In this document: one piece after another, positions 1 through 7,556 of the stretch | How the letters are laid out: the number at the start of each line of letters is the position of its first letter | Position numbering within the stretch: the stretch's first letter is position 1 | Origin: Planctomycetota bacterium | Lineage (GTDB): Bacteria > Planctomycetota > PLA2 > JAEUHO01 | Direction of reading: 5' to 3' | Assembly: GCA_965223505.1 (NCBI GenBank) | Contig: CBDCWP010000036.1 | Coordinates: 1 to 24,709, forward strand | DNA: 24,709 nt | The notes under the pieces: generated by a model | Told to the model about the DNA's origin: nothing | What the model saw: only the letters and a program-made list of their open reading frames with translations | The model's database searches: none | Made by a program: the position numbers and the translations under genes

Positions 1-764
1 CGCGCCGTCGACGCCGAGGCGGGCGTGCGTCGCACGCGTGGGTCGTTCAGGCCGCGGACCTCGCGCTCGAGCGCCGGGTGCAGGGCGTCGTGACGGGCCC
101 CATTCACAAGGAGGCGTGGAACGCGGCGGGCGTCGACGTCCCGGGCCACACCGAGGTGCTGCGCGACCGAGCGCGGTGCGAGCGCGTGCTGATGCTTCTC
201 GTGGGCGACCGGTTGCGCGTCGCGCTTGCGACCGTCCACGTTCCGCTACGTAGCGTGGCGGATCGACTCGACGCGGACGGCCTGGAACGCGACATCACGC
301 TGCTTTCACGGGAGATCGCGCGCCGATTCGGCCCGGCGCACCCGCGCATCGCCGTGTGCGGGCTGAACCCTCACGCGGGAGAGGGCGGCCTCTTCGGTGC
401 GGAGGACGCGGACGTGATCGCGCCCGCGGTGGCGAGGGCGGCCGCAGCCGGCGTGAACGCGCACGGCCCCCTTCCGGCCGACGGCTGCATCCCGTCGGCG
501 GCACAGGGGGGCTACGATGCGGTCTTGGCGATGTACCACGATCAGGCGCTTCCGGCGGTCAAGGCGATCGCGCCGCGACGTTGCGTCAACGTGACGCTCG
601 GGCTGCCTTTCATCCGCACGTCCGTCGATCACGGAACCGCGTTCGACATCGCCGGAAGAGGGCAAGCGACGGCGGAGAGCTTCGACGCAGCCGTGCGCAC
701 GGCGGTGGCCATGTCAGCGCGCGCAGAAACGGGTCGTTTTCCGAGCGCCAACCTCAATCGGTGA
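1..764 (+). CDS. pdxA: 4-hydroxythreonine-4-phosphate dehydrogenase (PdxA family), 5' end outside window
   Basis: Motifs VTGPIHK, PGHTE, ATVHVPL, GLNPHAGEGG, AMYHDQ, NVTLGLPFIRTSVDHGTAFDIAG. The frame is open from position 3; the ORF-track start at 78 is internal. Confidence 0.95.
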   Translation, partial: RRRRRGGRASHAWVVQAADLALERRVQGVVTGPIHKEAWNAAGVDVPGHTEVLRDRARCERVLMLLVGDRLRVALATVHVPLRSVADRLDADGLERDITLLSREIARRFGPAHPRIAVCGLNPHAGEGGLFGAEDADVIAPAVARAAAAGVNAHGPLPADGCIPSAAQGGYDAVLAMYHDQALPAVKAIAPRRCVNVTLGLPFIRTSVDHGTAFDIAGRGQATAESFDAAVRTAVAMSARAETGRFPSANLNR

Positions 765-869
765 CGTCCCTCCTCCGACCTACCTTGATAAGCATCGAGG
801 GTCGTCTGCGCCACCGCCGCGTCAGCGGCATGGACCGCGATCCATCTTCACGTTGGGACTCGGAACGGC

Positions 870-1439
870 ATGGCGCGCAAGGCCACGGACATGCTCGACA
901 TCTTCCGCTTCGAGCCCGAGGACGGCGGCGACGGGCGCAAGCGTCCGAAGAAGGGCGCGGGCAAGCGCAAGCAGACAGCCAAGCCGCGCGCGACCAAGCG
1001 GAACGCCACGGCCGGGTCGCGCGGGGGCGCGTTCCCGATGCAGCGACGGCACATGATGCTCGGCGGATCCGTCGTCGGGCTGCTGCTGGTGCTGGCCTTC
1101 ACGCTCGGCCTGGCGGCCGGCAAGGGCGGCGGCACGACGACGCCGACGCTGAGCGCCGAGACGCAGATCTTCGTGCTGGGCAAGGTGCCGGAGCTCGACT
1201 GGCAGACCCAAAGCCGGACGAACCCGGAGCGGATCCGGCGCCTGCTGCGCAAGGAATTCGCGGTCGACGCGTCCCTCATCCGGCTCCAGACCAAGAACGG
1301 CGAGCACTGGATCTACCTGGGGCCGTTTCGCACGAAGGACGACGCGCGGCGGTACCTGGAGCGCAAGGGCCTGGATCAGGGCGAGATCGGGACGGGCTAC
1401 CCCTTCCGCAATCCCCAGTACCGGCAGATCCGGCCGTAG
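870..1439 (+). CDS. Bitopic membrane protein with C-terminal SPOR-like (peptidoglycan-binding) domain
   Basis: Basic N-terminal segment, one hydrophobic helix (MLGGSVVGLLLVLAFTLGLAAG), then HWIYLGPFRTKDDARRYL, resembling the SPOR signature (VxVGPFxxxxxA). Strong GC3 bias. Confidence 0.7.
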   Translation: MARKATDMLDIFRFEPEDGGDGRKRPKKGAGKRKQTAKPRATKRNATAGSRGGAFPMQRRHMMLGGSVVGLLLVLAFTLGLAAGKGGGTTTPTLSAETQIFVLGKVPELDWQTQSRTNPERIRRLLRKEFAVDASLIRLQTKNGEHWIYLGPFRTKDDARRYLERKGLDQGEIGTGYPFRNPQYRQIRP

Positions 1440-1565
1440 CGGGTCCCTGAACCCGGCCGTTTGTCAGGATCGTGCGCAGGCCGATTTCCTGGCGCGGGGC
1501 GGGGTCTCGGGGATACTGCCGCCTTGTTCGCCCGCACCCGGGCCCCGATTCGAGAGACCTGCGCC

Positions 1566-1805
1566 ATGTCGATCCACAAGAGCCTCAAGCTGAAGAACAC
1601 GCTGCAGCGCCAGCGCAGTGTCCTCACGCGTTGGGAGCGCATCGAGAAGCTGCAGGAGCAGGAGCGCTGGGAAGAGGGCGACTCCGTGCTGGGGCTGCCC
1701 AAGGTACGCACGAAGTTCAAGGTCCGCTCGCGCAAGGCCATCAAGAAGGCCGAGGCGGAGGCCAAGGCCGCCGGTGAGAGCGGCGAGGGCAACGGCGAGG
1801 CGTAG
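1566..1805 (+). CDS. PVC-superphylum small basic (signature) protein
   Basis: MSIHKSLK...RQRSVLTRWERIEKL...RWEEGDSVLGLPKVR matches the Chlamydiae/Verrucomicrobia/Planctomycetes small basic protein pattern. True start is likely ATG 1566, not 1461. Confidence 0.92.
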   Translation: MSIHKSLKLKNTLQRQRSVLTRWERIEKLQEQERWEEGDSVLGLPKVRTKFKVRSRKAIKKAEAEAKAAGESGEGNGEA

Positions 1806-1806
1806 C

Positions 1807-1837
1807 CTCGGAACGGCGATCAGAGCCGCCGACCGAG
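1807..1837. terminator. Hairpin between convergent genes (possible terminator)
   Basis: CTCGG-AA-CGGCG...CGCCG-A-CCGAG imperfect inverted repeat directly after the stop at 1805; no clear U-tract. Confidence 0.35.
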
Positions 1838-1858
1838 CATTCCTCGTAGACCGGCTGC

Positions 1859-3157
1859 TTAGTTCGAGCCGACGGCGCCGATGACGCGCCCCTTGCCGGA
1901 GCGACGCGGCGCGCGGCCCTTCGACTTCTTGGGGAAGTCCGGCAGGCGGTTCGCGTTCGCCGCGTACCACGCCAGCGCCTCGTCCTTCGAGCGCAGCGGC
2001 ACGTCGACGAGCTCGGACAGCGCCTTCGTCAGGATCGGCTCGATCCAGGTCTTGTTGATGCTCGTGCCCTTGACCTGGACGTCGAGGATCACGCCTTCGA
2101 GCAGCGTCGCGACGTCCGGGTTGGCGATGTTGCTGGCCTGGGCGATCTCGACGTCGTAGTCGCGCACGTACGAGACCTGGTTCAGGAACGCGACGTAGTT
2201 GCGCGTCGACGAGCCGTGGCTCGACAGGCGCTTGACGATGTAGCCGGCCGCGCGCTCGTCCTTGAGCTGCGCGAGCGCCTCGGCCGCGTTGGCCGCGATG
2301 CGCGGGTTCTCGGCGGTGAGCGCGCGTACGAACGGAACGGCGGTGTCGTCGTGACCGAACGACTGCGCCGCGGCGACGGCCTCGCGACGAACGGCGGGCG
2401 CCGCGTCGCGCGCGCCGGAGAAGATCAACGCGCGCAGGGCCGACTCGTCGCCGAGGTCGGAAAGCACCCGGCACGCCTCGATGCGAACCTCGGGCGTCTT
2501 GTGGAAGAGCGCTTGCTTCGCGGCGGCGACGAGGACGGTGTCGCTCGTCTGGGCCAGCGCGAGTCGCGCGGCGGAGCGCAGCGCGTCGTCGCCGGTGGCG
2601 AGCGTCTCGATCAGCTTCGCTGCGCGAATCTCGTCATCGGGAATCGCGAGGCGCGCCGTCGGCTTCTTGGCGGACGCGACCTCGATCTCGGCCGGCAGCA
2701 TCCATCGGCCGTCGAACAGCACGAGGCCCTTGCGGCGCTTGGCGTCCGCCGCGGAGATCCAGTCCGTGCCGACCTTCTCGTAGCCGAGCGCGCGGCGGGC
2801 GGCGAGGTGATCGCTCTCCTTGGCGAGGACGCGGCGGTAGGCGGCGTCGGCGAGGTCCTTCAGGCCCGCGGCTTCGGCCTCGAGCGCGAGCTTGTACTGG
2901 CCGACGACGTCCGTCGCCTCGACCTCCGCCGCCTTCTGCAGGAAGGCGGTGCGCGGGCCGACACCTTCGCGGTGCGCCTTGACGCGGTCGGGTGCGAGGT
3001 CGACGTTGCCGGCCTCGGTCTTGATGCGGTACCAGCCGTTGTCGAGACGGTCGACATCGCCTTCCAGGACGAGGCCGTCGTCGGTGGTGACGACGTCGGC
3101 GTAGGCGGCTCCGGAGAGCGACAGGACGCAGACGGAGCAAAGTACGAACAGCTTCAT
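1859..3157 (-). CDS. Exported HEAT-repeat protein
   Basis: Signal peptide MKLFVLCSVCVLSLSGAAYA-D (ATG 3157), small beta domain, helical ARRALGY segment, and HEAT/PBS-like repeats (PEVRIEACRVLSDLGD, PAVRREAVAAA, PRIAANAAEALAQLKD). Confidence 0.85.
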   Translation of the reverse strand: MKLFVLCSVCVLSLSGAAYADVVTTDDGLVLEGDVDRLDNGWYRIKTEAGNVDLAPDRVKAHREGVGPRTAFLQKAAEVEATDVVGQYKLALEAEAAGLKDLADAAYRRVLAKESDHLAARRALGYEKVGTDWISAADAKRRKGLVLFDGRWMLPAEIEVASAKKPTARLAIPDDEIRAAKLIETLATGDDALRSAARLALAQTSDTVLVAAAKQALFHKTPEVRIEACRVLSDLGDESALRALIFSGARDAAPAVRREAVAAAQSFGHDDTAVPFVRALTAENPRIAANAAEALAQLKDERAAGYIVKRLSSHGSSTRNYVAFLNQVSYVRDYDVEIAQASNIANPDVATLLEGVILDVQVKGTSINKTWIEPILTKALSELVDVPLRSKDEALAWYAANANRLPDFPKKSKGRAPRRSGKGRVIGAVGSN

Positions 3158-3239
3158 GGTGAACCCTCGCATGACCGGTATCCACCTTACCAACGCTGTT
3201 TCCAGGGCACGGAAGCGCGGAAATTGGTCCTTATTGGCG

Positions 3240-5045
3240 CTAGAAGGCGCAATCGCGCCGCTTCCAGCTCAGCAGCGCCGCCACCAGCAGCGCCGGGATC
3301 AACAGGTACAGCAGATAGAGCAGGAGCAGGTTGGCCTCGTCCGCCAACCGCGAGAAGTGGATCTTCGTGTAGAGCCGCACGGGGTAGATGCGGTCTTCGA
3401 TCAGCAGGACCGCTTCGTAGTCCCGCAAGGCCATGATCAGCACCAGCACCGCGCCCGCGAGAATCCCGCGCAACGAAGCCGGTCCCCAGATCCGCAAGGC
3501 CCGCGCGCCAGGACCGGCACCCAGCATCGCCGCCGACTCCTCGTGACCGCGCCGCACCGATCGAAGCGCGAGCCACGCTGCCAGCAATGCGAACGGCAGG
3601 TACTTGCCCGCCAAGACCAATGCCGGCTGCAGCACCGTTCGGTCGGCTTCGACACTGGTCCAGAGCAGCTTCGTTCCGACCGAGAGCACCAGGCCGGGCA
3701 CGGCCAGGGGAATCGCCCCCGCCAGGGCCGCGCCGAACATCGGCCAACGTCCGCCGCGCGTCGCGGCCCGCGCGAGCGGCACCGCGATCACCAGCGCGAG
3801 CAACGCCGCCGCGATGCTGATCTTGAACCAGCGCGTTCGTTGTTCGCGAATGCCCTCGGTCTTGTCCAGCGCCTTGGTGAACTCGAACAGCGAACCGCTG
3901 TCCTTCACGCGCTTCGCGTCGGCGCTCGTACCGCTCGCCGACGTCTCGCCGCTGGATGCCCACGACGCGATGCCGCCCAACGGAAGCCCGAGCGACAGGA
4001 ACAACACGAGTCCCACGATCGCGTACGCGCCCACCGTCTGAAGCGGCCCCAACGCGATGCGCGGGCGCGGGCGCCCGGCGTCCCCCGCCGCCAAGACGGG
4101 ACTGCGTCGCAAACACCACGCGCAGAGACCGATCAACAGGATCGTGACCACCAGGAACGGCGCGCCGGTCGCGACCGCGCGTCCGGCGTTGTCGCCGGCC
4201 TTCCACTGCAAGTACACGTCGGTCGCGTAGATGTGCGACGGCGTGCCGCCGGCCGGCAGCATGAACCCGAGCAGGTCCGGCACCGTGAAATCGGACACCG
4301 CGAACACGAAGCACAACACGAACGCACCGAGCACCGACGGCAGCACGGCCGGCAACACGACGTGCCGCCACGCGGCGCGGCGTCCGCCCAACATGCGCGC
4401 GGCCTCGACGGGGCCGGCGGGCACGGCCGCGAGCGCCGGCCCCACGAGCAGAACGACGAACGGGAAGAGCACGCAGCCGAACACGATGCTCGCGTTCCAG
4501 ATCTGCAGCGCGCCCGACGTCAGGCCGAAGCACTGGATCAGGAACGCCTGGATCGAGCGGGCGCCGCCCAACGCGATGAAGAACGGCGGCAGGATCGCCG
4601 GTCCGAGGCAGAGCGCGCCGAGCAAACGCGCGCCGGGAAGCGCCGTCCGCGCGAGCACCCACGCGACGGGCAGGCCGAACAACATGGCGAACAACGAACC
4701 GCCGAGCGCCATGAGAGCGCTGTTGCGCAACAACCCCACCGTGCGCGCGTCGCCGAACACGGTCTCGTAGTGGGTCGTCGAGAACACGCGCTCGACCCGT
4801 TCGTATTCGTCCTCGGCGAGCTGGATCGGCACGCGCGGCGCGCCTGGTCGGGCCTGGATCGAGAAGGCGATGCCGTTGGGCGTATCGACGACGTCCCCGG
4901 CGGCCTCGTAGACCGTGCCGTCGCTGGTGTGGACGTTCCACACCTGGAACGAACGCACGACCATCGTCGCGACGGGCACGAGCACGGCGAGGGCGAAGAG
5001 CAGCAGTGCGACCGGAGTCGGTGAAAGGAAACGGTGTAGCCGCAT
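3240..5045 (-). CDS. ABC transporter permease, duplicated-domain FbpB/ThiP (Fe3+/thiamine) type
   Basis: Many TM helices, LLRNS motif, and two EAA loops (VEAARMLGG, EESAAMLGA). Likely start ATG 5045 (MRLHRF). Confidence 0.88.
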   Translation of the reverse strand: MRLHRFLSPTPVALLLFALAVLVPVATMVVRSFQVWNVHTSDGTVYEAAGDVVDTPNGIAFSIQARPGAPRVPIQLAEDEYERVERVFSTTHYETVFGDARTVGLLRNSALMALGGSLFAMLFGLPVAWVLARTALPGARLLGALCLGPAILPPFFIALGGARSIQAFLIQCFGLTSGALQIWNASIVFGCVLFPFVVLLVGPALAAVPAGPVEAARMLGGRRAAWRHVVLPAVLPSVLGAFVLCFVFAVSDFTVPDLLGFMLPAGGTPSHIYATDVYLQWKAGDNAGRAVATGAPFLVVTILLIGLCAWCLRRSPVLAAGDAGRPRPRIALGPLQTVGAYAIVGLVLFLSLGLPLGGIASWASSGETSASGTSADAKRVKDSGSLFEFTKALDKTEGIREQRTRWFKISIAAALLALVIAVPLARAATRGGRWPMFGAALAGAIPLAVPGLVLSVGTKLLWTSVEADRTVLQPALVLAGKYLPFALLAAWLALRSVRRGHEESAAMLGAGPGARALRIWGPASLRGILAGAVLVLIMALRDYEAVLLIEDRIYPVRLYTKIHFSRLADEANLLLLYLLYLLIPALLVAALLSWKRRDCAF

Positions 5046-5150
5046 GTCAGCGTTCGTGCCGGAAACGGAGGGTATCCCGCGCGCCACGTTTCCGCCCGAT
5101 TCCGGCCGTGAACGCGCGTGCGCGGCGTACGTCCCGCGCACGGCGTGCCA

Positions 5151-6029
5151 TCAAGCGTGCGCTTCGGCGTCCGCGGCCGCCTCGAACAGCGCACGTACCC
5201 GCGTCGCCGTCGGACCGGCCTCGCCGGAGCCGACGTCGTGGCCGTCGATCGAGACGACGGGCAGGATGCCGCGAACGGACGAGGAGATGAACACCTCGTC
5301 CGCCGCGCGCAGGTCCGCGGGCGTCACGCGCTCCTCGCGCGCGTCGATCCCGTTCTCGGCGCACAGGTCCAGGATCCGCGTGCGCGTCGTGCCACGCAGG
5401 ATGCCGGCCTCCAACGGCGGCGTACGAAGACGACCGTCGGCGATCACGTAGACGTTGGCGGTCGTGGCCTCGGTGACGTCGCCGGACTCGTTGAGCATGA
5501 GCGCCTCGTCGGCGCCCTGAAGCCGTGCCTCGTGCAAGGCGAGCACGTTGTTGAGGTAGTTGCCCGTTTTCGCGGCCGGATCCAGCGCACGCGCGGAGTT
5601 GCGACGGCGTTCGACGAGCGCCGCCCGGAGTCCCTTCTCGAACTCCGCTCGTGTCGGACGGTTCGCAGGCGCCACGACGACGATGACGGTCAGCGGCGGC
5701 GCCTCCTCGAAACCGAGTCCCAACGGACCGGCGCCGCGCGTGACCATGAGGCGCACGTAGGCGTCGTCATCGCGGCCGACGCCGGCCGCCTCACACGTCG
5801 CATCGATCTGCGCGACGAGCGTGTCCCGCGGCACGTCGATCTCCAGATAGATCCGGCGACCCGACTCGCGCAGCCGGTCGAGGTGATCCTGCTCCTGGAT
5901 CAACGTGCCGTGGTGCCACCACAGCACCTCGTAGACGGAGTCGCCGTAGAGGAACCCGCGGTCGAGGACCGGCACGACGGCGTCCTCGGGCGCGGTGATC
6001 TTGCCGTTGACCGAGATGACCGTTTTCAC
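5151..6029 (-). CDS. PLP-dependent aminotransferase class IV (IlvE/Dat/PabC family)
   Basis: LDRGFLYGDSVYE, HLDRL, catalytic-Lys motif AKTGNYL, EATTANV, ILRGTTR, ADEVFISSS. Confidence 0.93.
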   Translation of the reverse strand: MKTVISVNGKITAPEDAVVPVLDRGFLYGDSVYEVLWWHHGTLIQEQDHLDRLRESGRRIYLEIDVPRDTLVAQIDATCEAAGVGRDDDAYVRLMVTRGAGPLGLGFEEAPPLTVIVVVAPANRPTRAEFEKGLRAALVERRRNSARALDPAAKTGNYLNNVLALHEARLQGADEALMLNESGDVTEATTANVYVIADGRLRTPPLEAGILRGTTRTRILDLCAENGIDAREERVTPADLRAADEVFISSSVRGILPVVSIDGHDVGSGEAGPTATRVRALFEAAADAEAHA

Positions 6030-6035
6030 GCGCGG

Positions 6036-6041
6036 ATTCTA
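6036..6041 (-). promoter_or_regulatory. -10 element (TAGAAT) for leaderless aminotransferase mRNA
   Basis: Minus strand reads TAGAAT-ccgcgc-GTG (start 6029); 6-nt spacing and no SD sequence. Confidence 0.6.
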
Positions 6042-6078
6042 GGCGCGACTTCGCTCCTCGGATCCCAAACGCGCGACG

Positions 6079-6103
6079 GGAAGATCGACGAGACCGCGCC
6101 GTT
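6079..6103 (+). promoter_or_regulatory. Candidate ECF autoregulatory promoter GGAA-N18-GTT
   Basis: GGAA 6079-6082 and GTT 6101-6103, ending 9 nt before ATG 6113; resembles SigR/SigH-type promoters. Short motif. Confidence 0.35.
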
Positions 6104-6112
6104 CGTCCGACA

Positions 6113-6727
6113 ATGGCGGTTGCGCACGGCTGCGCAGCCGACGACGATGACGCCATGACAGGCAGTGCCGGCGACGAATTCGAGCAGACCTGCCTGCCCC
6201 TGCTGCCGGACTGCTATGCGTTCGCGTTGTCGCTCACCCGGCGAAGCCACGACGCCGAAGACCTGGTCCAGGAGACGTTCGTCCGAGCGCAACGCGCGTT
6301 CGCTTCCTTCACGCTCGGCACGAACGCGAAGGCGTGGCTGTTCACGATCCTCCGGCGCCTGCACATCGATCAATTCCGCCGCGCGCGCATCCGGCCCTCG
6401 ACCCTGCCGGAGGAGGAGCTGACGGACATGGCCGTCGGCGCCGCGGAAGACGCGGCGGAAGACACGCAGGAAGAGCTGCCGTGGGACGATCTTTCGCTCG
6501 AGACGCTGCGCGCGGCGATGGAAGCGATTCCGGAGCCCTTTCGCCTCGCCGTGAGGCTGCGGGACCTCGACGGGTTCAGCTATCGCGAGATCGGCGAGAT
6601 CCTCGACGTGCCGCCGGGCACCGTCATGAGCCGCCTGCACCGCGGGCGGGAATACCTCCGGCGGACCCTCGTTTCCCAGACGGAGCGGCCTCGCTCGGTT
6701 TCCGAGCGCCCGCCCGAGGCTCCATGA
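6113..6727 (+). CDS. ECF RNA polymerase sigma-70 factor, SigR/SigH-like (alternative start ATG 6155)
   Basis: Region 2 LTRRSHDAEDLVQETFVRA...FTLGTNAKAWLFTIL; region 4 LRDLDGFSYREIGEILDVPPGTVMSRLHRGR. Confidence 0.95.
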   Translation: MAVAHGCAADDDDAMTGSAGDEFEQTCLPLLPDCYAFALSLTRRSHDAEDLVQETFVRAQRAFASFTLGTNAKAWLFTILRRLHIDQFRRARIRPSTLPEEELTDMAVGAAEDAAEDTQEELPWDDLSLETLRAAMEAIPEPFRLAVRLRDLDGFSYREIGEILDVPPGTVMSRLHRGREYLRRTLVSQTERPRSVSERPPEAP

Positions 6728-7524
6728 TGGCGAACGAAGGGAACCGCTGGCACGACGACCCGCTCGAGGTGGACCGCTATCTCGACGGAGAGTGCACCGA
6801 CGACGAGCGCGCCGCGCGCGCTGCCGATCTCGACCGCGACGCCGCGCTGCGTCAGCGCGTCGACGCCCGCCGCGCGTTCCTCGACGCGCTGTCGGCGCAC
6901 GGCGAAGCCCGGCGCGCGTCCCTGCGCGCGCGCATGCCGGCGGGCCTGCCCGACCGCGTCACGTCGGCGCTGCGTAGACCGCGCGTTCCGTGGATGCGCT
7001 ACGCGGCGGCCGCGGTGCTCGTTCTCGGCGTCGGTGTCGCGCTGTCGACGTTCGCCACCGACGACGTCGAGGCGATTCCGCCGGCCGTCCTGGATGCCGC
7101 GCGCATCGCCGAGGACGGGTTCGACGCGCGTGAGTGGGAAGAGCTGGGCTGCGTCGAGGGCGAGACGAACCCGTACACGTTCCCGCCCGTGCGGTTGGGC
7201 GAGCTGTCGGTCGGCGGATGCCGGATGCCCGGCAGCGACGACGGGAAGACGGCGGCGCGGTTGGAGATCGACCTCGGCGAGACGACGTCCGTAGGCTACG
7301 TCGCGGTGCCGGAGAAGGGCACACGGCAGAGCGCCGACGTCGGCAAGACCGTGTTGGGCGACGTCGTCGTCTACGACATCCTCTACGGGCGTACCCGCTA
7401 CTACCTGGCGGTGCGAGCCGACGTGGTGAAGGAGCGCGGAGACTGCGCCGCGTGCCACAACAAGTCGCGCGAGGGACAGAAGAACCCCCACCGGATCGAG
7501 CTGCGAGCCTGGCGCCGTCGGTGA
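6724..7524 (+). CDS. Transmembrane anti-sigma factor with C-terminal CxxCH motif
   Basis: ATGA overlap with the sigma stop; N-terminal anti-sigma domain (VDRYLDGECTDDE), TM helix (YAAAAVLVLGVGVAL), extracytoplasmic domain ending in CAACH (7444-7458). Confidence 0.85.
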   Translation: MMANEGNRWHDDPLEVDRYLDGECTDDERAARAADLDRDAALRQRVDARRAFLDALSAHGEARRASLRARMPAGLPDRVTSALRRPRVPWMRYAAAAVLVLGVGVALSTFATDDVEAIPPAVLDAARIAEDGFDAREWEELGCVEGETNPYTFPPVRLGELSVGGCRMPGSDDGKTAARLEIDLGETTSVGYVAVPEKGTRQSADVGKTVLGDVVVYDILYGRTRYYLAVRADVVKERGDCAACHNKSREGQKNPHRIELRAWRRR

Positions 7525-7543
7525 AGTTCTGATCCAGACACGG

Positions 7544-7549
7544 TAGAGT
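7544..7549 (+). promoter_or_regulatory. -10 element (TAGAGT) for probable leaderless larA-like mRNA
   Basis: TAGAGT then 7 nt then GTG 7557; no SD sequence. Confidence 0.45.
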
Positions 7550-7556
7550 CCGTGCC

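Noticed and set aside
6334..6723. N-terminal 130 aa of the 396-aa ORF
   Set aside because: Out-of-frame overlap with the sigma gene; the anti-sigma starts at the ATGATG at 6724/6727.
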